Shown: one piece after another, positions 37,806 to 49,900 of the stretch | Layout: each line of letters opens with the position of its first letter | Numbering within the stretch: position 1 is the stretch's first letter | DNA from: Paragordius varius | Taxonomy: Eukaryota > Animalia > Nematomorpha | Direction: 5' to 3' | DNA: 64,000 nucleotides | Assembly: GCA_964247055.1 (NCBI GenBank) | Contig: OZ176050.1 | Location: forward strand, 4,836,001 to 4,900,000 | Translations under genes and position numbers: made by a program | The notes under the pieces: generated by a model | The model's input: the letters and a program-made list of their open reading frames with translations, nothing else | The model's database searches: none | What the model was told of the DNA's origin: nothing

Positions 37806-40800
37806 TCATCGCCTACTATTTCTACCCGTGTTTCCGTAATGACGATTCCTCAATTTGTGCGATAGATCCCGAGACTGCACTCCTGAATCCAGTCCTTTTC
37901 TACGGTAATCTCCTCTAACACCATCTCCATGGCTAACACCAGTATTCCGACTATTGCTCGTATTTACGAGATGAGCTAAAGTACTTGAATAACTCTTTGG
38001 GGATTTTCGTCGATAAAATTCGCTAGTTCCGCTTGTGTCATTGTTTTCTCCTCTACCAAGACCCTTGGCCCCAATATAGCCCACATTTCCACTGGCATAT
38101 TTATGATGATGATTACTATTACCATTATTATTGTGATCAAAATCGTTATGTTGTTTGATACGTTTAGTGCCCACCTTTTCTTTGTCATAACGGTGATATT
38201 CATCTTCAAAAGTTGTTGGTACTTTACGCTTACTGGAAGCATTCGTTTGAGTCGCAAAGCCAGCTGATCTTTTGGAATGACGTGATTGATCTTCTACAGA
38301 TACACCATAAGAACCATATGAAGGAGGGGACATTTGGCGACCTCTTGAATAATAACTACCTGAGGGATATGAGTGTCAATTTAAATTTTATCTATCACTT
38401 AATTAAATAACATAATAACTAGAGATGTAAATTGCAAATTATATCCGCTCCAAGATCAAAAATTATGCGCCATTTTACTGATTGCTTCATCACACTAATT
38501 TTTTACCAAAAAGTATGCCAATGTGGGACGCCTTATAGACACCATATAAAAATAACATTTAAAAATATTTTTCTAGGTGATCGAATTATTGTCTTTTTTG
38601 GATCCAGCATAAAAACTCACCATATTTTGATTTTTCCAGTAATATTACGCATATATAAATTTTAACACAAATTTGACTAGAAAAAATTGTACGAATAATT
38701 TGATAAGAACATTCTTCGTTTTCAATCCATATATCCATTCCCTTTTTGTATAAGATATCGGTGAATATTTTTGTAAGAGAAAGATAAAGCGCGATTTATG
38801 TTTTTTGTCAATAAAATACAGCAGCAAATGTCAAAGCCCAGGCCATTGCAGCTATAAACCATTCACTCAATCCCTTTACTGATGGGAATATGAGAACACT
38901 ATTCTTACAAATTTGTGCTAACATACAACAATTTAGATAAATAACACATTAGGAATAAAGTAATGCTTTCCAGCGCATGTATATATATCTGTGGTTAGCA
39001 GACATTTTTTACAATTACTTGATGATGAAGGCTGATATCCAATGGCTGTACCATTATCACTTCTGTGTTGAATAGTCGATGTTTGGGAATAGGGATCATG
39101 ATATCCACGAGTGCTTGATGAGAGAGGGGGTGGCGTCGTAGGAGGCGAAGGAGGTTTATTCAACATGGCAGGATTATGACTGGTAGTGCCATATAATTCA
39201 TGAGAACGGACTACTAATTTAGAGGCGTTTCCCTCGTTGTAACGAGACCGTTCATTACGGTCAGTAGTATAATCTACAGCGCCTGGGGCAGAACGATGAT
39301 GCGAAGATGAAAGAGCTTCCGCCGTTCGTCTAAAAAACATGTCATTTTGGCATTAATAGATTTTAAATGTTAAATTATATCAAGATGATAAAAAACGCAA
39401 AAGATTCAAAGTTAGAAAAAACCTGTAAGGTGGGGGATGATCCAATCTATGGCGATCCAAGTTTGGTAGATAGTCTTGCCGATGTTCCGGATTTGTTCGA
39501 ATCCCCACCGATTGTTCTTGATAATAGGGATAAGGGTTGTTGTAAGTCCTATTAGATTCCTGATAACTACCGCGATATGATGTAGAATTATTTTCGGAAC
39601 GTTGTTGATGGGATAATTTTTGAGAACCTGACATTGGGTTATTGTTACTGTAATTATTCGAGGAGCGCATATCAAAAGCATTATATGATGAATAACTGCT
39701 TGAAGGATAACCTTAACACGGAAAGAACAAATATGGATATTAATATGTTATCTAAAAAACCATAATTCATTATAGATTTTATATCAGGAGCAGTATAATT
39801 CATCTATATACAGTTTTATAGTTTTATCGGATCTTTATCATTTAAAAGACTATATTCTCGCTAACAAAAGTTGGAACAAAATATCCAATGGTATATGTTA
39901 GTATGAAAGAGTGGGCGCATTACCAGAGTTGTACTTTGAAGATAATCCATGGGATTGTTCTGCATTTAGGTGACTTCTTTTATCATATCGATCTCGGGAA
40001 TCGTCCATTCTTTTAACATTATTAGACGTTGAATTTGAAGGATAATTTTGACGAGCACTCTATATAAATTTATTAAAATTATCTTACATATTGATAATTA
40101 ACAAATATATATATCGATAAATCGACACTTTACCGGAAATTTTGAACGGCTTTGTCGATCAGGTAGGCTTCTATCCTTTGTATAATTGGGGTACATGTAA
40201 GAGGGTGCTTTCGCCGCATTTTCTCTTCTTGGAGAACTTCTCGCGGGCCTGTCTGAACCAAAAGTTCTGGCGGTTCCTCGTCCACGAAAATTTCGAGCTG
40301 GTGTAGATTGAACACCTTAAATTATATTAACGAATAAGTGATTATAGTTTCAACGGCGTTTAATTCTCTCGCTAATATAAATAAAACATTGTTTGGGTTT
40401 GTCTGTGTATATTATGTATGGCAGTACCCAAAACGTTTGCATTTTAAAAAGTAGATTAATAAAAGTGAGATTGGTCATTGTCATAATGATTGAAAATACC
40501 AAATCTTTTTGATGAAATGGGAAACTTTCTTGCGGATTCGAATCTTGACATTGTATTTGACTGATTTCCCCTCCCAAAACGACTATTTAAAGTTCCTCGA
40601 CTCCGAACAGACATTATTCTCGATTTGAAGGAACTTACAAAACTATTATTTTTTGGAGATGTTTCAACTGGCCTTCGCCTAGCAAAATTGTATTTCACAT
40701 CATTTCTATCATTTACAATACATAAAAAGGGTTAGACAATTTTTTGGAATGCGTGAATGCTAAGAAATTTATATATTACTGAGTTTTCCGTATCCGTGAA

Positions 40801-42026
40801 GGTGAAAGCCTATGCTTATTATCCGATGATAGAGTAGATTTGTGTAGTGATGAAGATATTTTTGTCGTTCTCGAAAAGGCAGGCATTTTTTTATCATCCT
40901 CTCGCTGTTTTCTGTTTTTATTAAAAAAATTAATTAATCCCATTCCTTAGTGTTAATCTGATTTTTTTGTACAAGTCAACCAATATATAATTACTTGCGG
41001 ACTTGTCTTTCCCGCTGTTTTCGTAAAAATGTTTGTCGTTTTTTCTGATAAACACTAGAATTGAAATATCGTTCAGGATGATTAACTATACCGCTTGTTT
41101 TTTCGGGAGTTTTTACATGGTCCGTCTTGACACGTTCAATGAAATTGGATGTCTTAAGAAAAGTAAATATCCGTTTAAATAAAACGCGAAATATAAAACA
41201 TCCAAATTCGATATATTTAATTTACATGCCTTATTAGAGGGTGTGATGTCTCTTGATCTTTTACGAGTCATTTTAATGGTACTTTTAACAGACTTTTTTT
41301 CGGATAAACCAACTTCTTGATTAATATTGGTGGATGAAGGCCGTATGACTTTAATTACTTTGTCTTCTTCATTCCATGTGAATGTAGGGATATTGGTTTC
41401 TTCTAATTTTTTATTCTCGGTATTGGGTTTAGTTTTTGGTGATGACATTTCAGTATTTGCTGATGATAATGTAGGATCTGATTGAGCCTACATTTATGGT
41501 TAAGGTTATGAAAATGTGGAAATAAAATATATAATATTTACAAATGTGATTGCAAGTTTTGTTCCATTGTATTCCAAGTTATTCAATTTGCTTATACACA
41601 AGCTAGCTTCTTGGGGAGTGGATAAATTTATCAATCCAAAACATAAAGAATTAGGAGCTGTTGAAGTAGATATGACTTTAACACCCATAACCTTGATATA
41701 AAACCGACACAAACTTTTCCGTGTTTATCAAATAATTCTTTCAAATCAGCGGCTTTTGTAGCAGTAGTCAATCCTTTGACCCATAAATTTTTACTCAAAA
41801 GTTCCAAAGAAGGGGGCTCCTCATTACTATTTTCAATTTTCGGTTCCTCTTTAATGTCATCCGGCTCTCTAAAAAAATTAACTATATAAAACTTTTCAGA
41901 TTGAACGACATTTGGTATAATATCCTGATCCAAATCATTTTGATTATCATCCACAACATAAGTCATTTCATCTTTCAACGTTTCAAGCTCTTGGTGAAAT
42001 TCTAAAACAGTCTGGCCTTCCGACAT
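37806..42026 (-). CDS. SAFB: SAFB/SLTM-like RRM protein with long R/S/G/Y-rich C-terminus, about 11 exons (first three start at 42026-41715, 41691-41542, 41487)
   Basis: RRM NLWVKGLTTATKAADLKELFDKHGK|VMGVKVISTSTAPNSLCFGLINLSTPQEASLCISKLNNLEYNG resembles the SAFB RRM. Downstream exons could be chained in phase with GT-AG introns to the stop at 37806. No SAP domain seen; orthology tentative. Confidence 0.7.
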
Positions 42027-42312
42027 TTTAATTTATCGAACTTAAGTTTTATACAGGTGAAAAAATTAAAATTAATTTGAATAATTTTAAAATATATTAA
42101 AAAAATATTAATTTAATTTATTGTTATTTTTTAAAATCGGATGATTTATATATGATAAGCCGTATGTGTTAAATCACGTACTTTCTTTTGTTAAATTTGA
42201 TGACACAATCTGAAACAAGCTCTCTGACTGGTATATCAAAAATATAAACATAGGTTCTTGGGTTAAATTAAATCATATAAGTGGAGCTATAATTAATTTA
42301 CCAACAATCCCA
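42027..42312. promoter_or_regulatory. Bidirectional promoter region between SAFB-like and BNIP3-like genes (286 bp)
   Basis: Head-to-head ATGs at 42026 (-) and 42313 (+). Confidence 0.55.
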
Positions 42313-43396
42313 ATGGATGAAACGAATGTTTCTAGAGAATCAAAATATTCCCATATAGCTCAAACTCTTGACATATTTGGTTATCCTACAAAAAATAAAT
42401 CGATATTGGACACTGCTAATCTTTACCGAAGCTATGTTTTAAACTCAAAAAATATACCAAAGAAAAAACATTTTGTAAAGAAAAAGCGTTTTCCAAAAAC
42501 TCCCCCCAACACTCCTACTATACGTTCAGAACCACCTCTATCCCGCGGAGATCCCAATTCTCTAGGTGGAGATACATTCATATGCAATCGACCTACTATC
42601 CCTACTTTTACTTGCAAAGAATGGCATCAGTATTTGACAGAATGTCATGATAAACGGAAACTTTATACACTGAACTGCGATTATCCCAGCCCAAACACAT
42701 CTTCATGGACTTCGGTTGATCAAATGCTTAAACAAGCTATTAAAGATAATATCCCTTTTGCTCCTAATGCGAAACCACCTTCTGAGTGGAGTAGGTCGGA
42801 AAAGTTTTTTTTGCTAAATACTTTTATATAAGTTACCGATTTCTAAACAATATTTCATCATTTAAATATAGTCCACTTTATCCAGCAAGTCCGTATCCCG
42901 AAGGCACGATTCTTTCAGTAAACTTAAATATAATGATTTTAAAATAACAGTATTTATTGTTTTTGAGCTAAATTTTTCAAATTTAGGATGAAAATTTGGA
43001 CACTGATTGGATATGGGATTGGTCGAATGGAAATGCTCAATTTATGTAAGATTTTACAATATTTTTTTTCAAAATTTTATTTCACTTATTTCTTTTCCAT
43101 ATATAATTTAGGGATGATCCCATACTTTTTGATTATAAGAATGAATCATCTAATGGCATATATAACGTTATAAACGGCCGGTTGCGAAATTCCAAATTCA
43201 TGAAATTTTTATTATTTTCGCCTGAAATACCATGGATTCTTATTACCAATTTATTTTCTCTTGCACTCGGTACCAGTATTGGGTATGTAATTTTATCAAT
43301 TTTTTTATTATTGAAAATTGCTCTTTGAAAGATATATTTTATAAATTTAGAATAATTTTGGGCATCCATTGGTACAATACATCTGGCTCATCTTAA
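42313..43396 (+). CDS. BNIP3: BNIP3/NIX-like mitophagy receptor, about 5 exons
   Basis: Spliced translation gives SSWTSVDQMLKQA (LIR/MER-like), DTDWIWDWS (hallmark BNIP3 motif), LRNSKFMK..FSPE and C-terminal TM WILITNLFSLALGTSIGIILG with GxxxG. The first donor (42786 or 42795) is uncertain. Confidence 0.75.
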
Positions 43397-44649
43397 TACG
43401 GTTAAATGAATTGATTCGCAAACTAATTGTCGAATCTACAATTTTTTATCTATGCATTGGTTTGATGGCTTTTTATATTTAATAACTTGCTTCAATATAA
43501 AGTCTCCTCGTATGCAAAAAATGGTAGATTTGCTTTAAACTCTATATATGTATAAAAAATCAATTCAATACATACATGTATTTTATATAAAAATAACCGC
43601 ATATGATAGAGTATTCCCCTTTCATCACTCGTATTAATATTTAACGAAAACTTATTTATGCATGTAACTGTATACAACAATGAATTGACCAATTTAATAG
43701 CAAATTATTCTTTTTTAACATAATACATATTTTATTATTTGAACATCACATTCTCATTTAAAATTTTTTAGATTTTTTTATATACCGATTTTAATTATAT
43801 ATTGATTGATCTCATAAAATAGGTTTTTTATTCATTTTTATTTATTATTCAAGAATAATTATTGTACTTTTTGTACGCAGTCATTTCTCACGTTTGGTTT
43901 AATATATATATATATTTTGCCCGTCATATATTTTGTAGTGTTATCTGTCTATTTTTGACATAATTATAACAAAGATAAATTTATTTTTTTGAAATAAAGT
44001 TGGCAAATTCATGGAATTTTAATTTCTCACTCTTTTTTTTATTTCATCATGTGTAATTTGGCTATTCATATTATCCAATATTTATTTTAATCAACTTAAC
44101 ATTAGTTGATGATTTTTCGATGTGTTCTCATTTTTTTAATTAAATAATTTTCCAATTCATTGCACGAAAAATCTTATTTATATTATTTCTATGTATTGTG
44201 ATTTATATTATATTGTAATGCATAGTTACTTAATAGCGTTAATTTTTATTTATCGGTGTATATGTGAAGATATATTTTGATTGAAAATATTATTGCAAAA
44301 ATCTTATTTTGAAAACTATGTAACTTAAAGTATATTAGCAAGCAGCACGCAAAGAGCTCTCTAACATGCATACACTACACTCTCTCAGCAATATTTATGT
44401 GTATCTTATACATCCCATATATGGCATATTTATAATTTATCATACCATATAGATTATTAATTTATTAAATTAAATTATATAGTTGATAAATTTTTTAAAG
44501 AGCTTACACATATAAGGGTTTAATACTGACTGTTATTTAGGAGTTAAGCTATTTAAAATTTATCTAATGAATGATTTTAGTGAACGTACCGTTTGCGGTT
44601 TATAAAAGAATACTATGCTCAATGAACCCTAAAAGATTAATATTAATAT

Positions 44650-45330
44650 TGAAAGGTTTTGTAATCTTAAGTCGTAAACGACCTATTGGATATAGATTGC
44701 CCTATTAATTTCCACTTCTTCCTATCTTTACTGATATATTCAAAGTCCTTCAATGTTATTCTACTCTTTTATCATGGCTAGCTATTTCATCGATGATCAG
44801 CATTATTTTCTTTCATTTTCTACCTTTCCAAACATTAAGGTTTTCTCTAGGGATTTAGACCGCAAAACTTGACAAACAACATTCTTTTATAAATTAGCTC
44901 TATTTGAAATCATCTAAATGAGCTTTTCATTATTAATTTTTCATGTATATCCCGTCTTACGCCAGCAGCTTCTTTCAAGAGCCATAAGAACTTTCTTGTC
45001 TTTTTTTAAGATTCCAACTCTCACATCCATGTGACCGGGAAATTAATATGGTTAATTTAGTCATGAACTAATTTCACACAACTGTGTTTTACCACTAAAA
45101 ACCCTTTAACATTTATATTTACTCCACATTATCACAATTCATCCCATAAAAAAATGTGTTTCTGGGCCAAATAAAATTAGATATTTGTTGGTGGCTAACA
45201 TTTGTCTGTTTTCCACAGTTAATTATTTACGAAAGGAATTCATGTACAAAATTAGGAAACTTAAATATTGATTGTTTTAACACTTCATTACCATGTTTTG
45301 AAAATTTTGGTTTTATTGATGAAACATGAT
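44650..45330 (-). pseudogene. Old RTE LINE 3' remnant
   Basis: HGCESWNLKK, KVLMALERSCWRK and LMFGKVE motifs of RTE C-termini, with many stops. Boundaries approximate. Confidence 0.6.
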
Positions 45331-46921
45331 TCTCCTGTGTTATATAAAAAAGTTTCTATTTTCACAGTTTTGTAAATTTTGGACTTCCGAATGAGATATC
45401 TCCGAAACATGATTGAAACAAACAGCTATTTTAAAAACCGAAATTCAAGAATTTGCGGTAAAATGCAATTTAGCATTCTAAAGTTAATTAATTACATTTT
45501 TTACAATAATATACATTTTGTCTGTTTTATTAGCGAATTAAAAAAATCCAAAAAAATGGAAGCAAAAAAGTTTGAGATGAGTGTTTTTTGGAAACATACG
45601 CCTGAAAAGTTAAAGAAAGATATTTTTAAACTTGTCCCACTGCATTTAATATTTTTGAAGATATATAAATTTATTGCTCTGGGGTATAAAACTACTCCAA
45701 AAGGGAATGATTTTATTTGTATATATTTTTATCCAAAATAAGTCCCTTACAATCATAGTTAAAAATCTAATTAATCAACGATTATATTATTTTTAAATAT
45801 CGCGGTTACCTTAGAATTATTTGACCAATTTTTATTAAAAAGTATTTTTTTATCAAAAATATATTCCAAAAGAAACTAATGGTTAAAAGTATAAAATAAG
45901 CTATAATAATTTTAAAAATTTTGACCGTTTTTATTCGTATTAAAATAGCCGTCGTGTCTTTTTTTATCTCTTGTTGACAAATTAAAAATATGGCTTTAAA
46001 TTTTGTTTTCCATAATTGACTGTTAGATTATTTACGTTAAAGGCCCTATTTTTTCATAGATAGGAATGTCCAACGCTTTGTTCAGTGCCCCAAAATGTTC
46101 TAAAAAATGAAAAAATTGTGTAATCAAAATTTTAGGATTTAGACAATATATCATCCGAAATTGGGGTTTAAAAATTAAAAAGCCAAAAAGTATCAAACCA
46201 GTCACCAAGACATATGTGTTGGACACCCCTGATTTAGATTATTTAGGTTAAATTCATTGAAAATTAAATTGCAATGAGCTTTGTTACTATTGAGTAAAAT
46301 TAATATTTTGTCTAGTCTATTCAATCCAAAATTTAACGCCTATTTTAAAAGTGGGGGTATTACATTAACTGTGTGATCAACTTTTTTACAGGGGATTAAT
46401 ATATATTAGAAGGATTATTTATTATTATTGATTTTAACAAATATGATTGTTTTATCATAATAAAAAATTATAAATTTATAGTAATGTGTTTTGTGTGTAT
46501 TATTATAATAAAAATCACAGTATAACAATGTACAAATTTTTACAAGAACTTAATAATTCATTGTCTCATAGAAAATTAAATGTGTAAAATATCACTTGTT
46601 GTATAAATAATGGTTTTTTTGATTGTCCATCATTTTGATTGCGAATAATTGCCGCATGTTACCATAGTAACTTCCCGGGTGACAGTTATTCAAAAAGATA
46701 TATTTAAATTTTAAACATCTTTCTACTTAATAAATAAGGTTTTTTTATCTACTATTCAATTGATTATATGTAATATATAGATATAAAATTTGATAGTTTT
46801 TCACAGTAGCATAAAAATATACAATGGCACCATAATGAAATTACACAAAATTTAAAAAATCTATAAAATATGATAGAAAATTGTTTAAGTATATTTAATA
46901 TGGTTTTTATTAGCTGTTAGA

Positions 46922-49900
46922 TTAATTTGTTAAGTTATCGTTTTGATAGTAAGAATAATTTGGGTTAGGTAAGGATGAATGGGGATGATAATCAAGATAT
47001 ATCATATTTTTTGGATTGCTATAATTGGAAAAAATATTTTTTGGAGGCATGCTGGTGACACAACACTTTTTTCGTGAAATTGGGTTACTTTTTGGATTCT
47101 CGTATTCTTTCAAGGCATATTCAATTGCTCTTCCTGTCTCATAATGTAAAAATGTATCATCAGAGGGGTATTGGCATAAGGGCAGGGATTCAGTTTCTTG
47201 CTTCATATCAGGCGAATCACTAGAATGTTCGGACAGAGTGGGTGACCGTTCATTTGATGGACTGCTGTTGCTGTTTATATTACTGGCTGTGTGACAACTC
47301 TGACTTTGACGGCCAGATTCGTATGAAAAACTATTTTCCTTATTATCAGTATTTGTAATATGTTTCTGTTGTTGATGACCAACATGAAGAGTAGTATAGT
47401 TATAATTAATGCCATTGTTGTTTGTTGGATGATTAGGTATGTGGTGTCTGAAATGAACAGTGTTGTTATGGTGAGCAAATACAAATTGTTTTTCCGTTGA
47501 AGAACAGACGGAGGGTGTATCTAGAGAAACTCCTAAATCTTGATATTCCTACAAATATGAAAAGATAAATCTCTGTTGAAGCTAAAATTAGATTTGTGTT
47601 ATATTATAAAATCGTATGTTGGTGTAATTCATTTTTTAATTTTTGGTATTGTGATTACTTTTATGCTTAAAATTTTTATTATGCTACAAGATCAATATTG
47701 TAAAAATCTCTGATTAATGACTTTTGTCTTGCGTTAAGTAAGTTATATAAAAATTCAAAAATCAAATTTTACCACATTGAGCGTTGAAACCAAGATTCGA
47801 TTAAGGATTTGAGTCAATTTAGAAAAATCTGGTCGTGCTTCCGGAAACGCTTCCCAACATCGCATCATCACTCCATATCTGTGAAATATATATATTTTTT
47901 TACATTTTATTCATAAATAATATTTCACCCGAAAAATCTTATTTTAAAAACAAAGGGTAATATTTGAAGAAAGTTTACATTTCTTGGGGACAATTTTGTG
48001 GGCATTTAAGACGCTGTCCAGCTTTCAGAAAATCAAACAATCCCTCGACTGGTAAACTTGGATAGGGTGTTCCACCTAATGTCATAATTTCCCACAACAC
48101 GATTCCAAAGGACCAACTATGGTTCATAATTATAAAAAAGTTTTACAATAAATTTAGTGAATTTTCTACATTTAAATTTCATATAGTTAAAATGGTAATA
48201 TATATTAATAATTTTTTATTACATCTCAACTGGAATATTAACATTCTTTTTACATTTATGTGACCCGCTTCTATCAAATAAGCTTTAATCGATTTATAAC
48301 GTTTTTATAAAAGATAGCGACATTTTAGCGAATGACTTTAAATATCGTCACAAAAAAACTTACACATCGCTTTTAATGGTGTATTTTCGATCGAATAATG
48401 ATTCAGGCGCCATCCATTTTACTGGAAGTCGACCGTCCGTTGTCTTTTTATAGTAATCGTTCATGGCTAAATCTCGGGCTAAACCAAAATCAGCAATTTT
48501 GATCACGCCATCCTTGGTGAGAAGAATATTTCTGGCTGCTAAATCTCGATGTATGCACTATAAATTTGTATAAGTACAAATTATATTTGTTAAAAATGAT
48601 ATCAATCTTTGTTATTTATAAAAATAGATAAAAATTGGAACTAATTGATTTACTAGTAATGAATATATGATATAAAACAAATATATTTATGATTGAATAA
48701 GGTAACAACCGTTTTTATTCACCATATTTATACCATCAATTTACCTTTCGTGATGCCAAATAATCCATTCCTTGAGCAATTTGAACGGCAAAATTTACCA
48801 GATTTTTAGTTGACAGATGTGGGGTCGTCGAGGCTTCAATTTGTTTTTCTTGATTTATTTCTTTGGCCTTTACACTTTTCTCTGATGTGCAGAGCGATGT
48901 ATTATGACTTCCAGGGTTAGTGCTTTGGGTATTTGTATTGGAAGATGGGGAATATGTACTTTTAACTTGTTCGTATTGTGATTCGCGATTTTTTCGTAAA
49001 AAATCCCGTAGATTGCCTAACGATGCCATTTCGACTACCACATAAATGGGTCCTACAAATTATAAAACAATTGTAAAGGCTAATATAAGTGCCAAATAAG
49101 CCTAAAAATTTATTAAATTAACCGAATCTTTTAAGAGTTATTTTATCAAAATCAAGGGGCAAATATTTTAGAAAAACGTTCTGTATATGTATCTAAGTAT
49201 TTACATTCAATGGCCCTATTAGTATAAACAAACATTGAGAAATTTTATTAAATGGCAGTAAATCATTTTTTTTCGTATTCTTACATTAATACAAAGCATT
49301 GATTTTCCAAAATATAAGGCAGTGTGGGGAATAAAATACTCAAATTCTATCCCATACACCTCTAGAGAAACCTAAAACTCTTTTATAAGGTTAAGGGTAT
49401 ACAAGATAAATTAATTGAATATTACCCCCAATGCTAGTGCAACATCCAATCAAATTAATAATATTTTTGTGATGTCCAATAATTTTCATGACTTCCAGCT
49501 CAGAAACCAGATCTGCCAGCTCACGGTCTCCGGCATTGTCTTTAAGCATTTTAACGGCTACTTGTTTGGAGAATAGAATCGGAGGATATTGATTTAAATG
49601 CCGCTCCTCTGCATCTAATTGATGGTCTGGACTTTGAGTTGGAGGAATTTCGTGTTGCAGAAGGGATTCGAAAACGATCCCAAAAGCTCCTTCACCAATC
49701 TTACTTCCAAGTTTCAAACTGTTTTAATTAAACATATAGATTAATTATGATGAGTATATTTTATAAATGTTTGAAATTTTTTAAAGGTGCAAAAATCAAG
49801 CTGTAGTTATGAAAGATTTTTCAATTTATTCAAAAGATTTACCATTCTCTGGGTATTTCCCATCGATCGTCATACACCATAGAATAGTCTGTCCAGAGAC

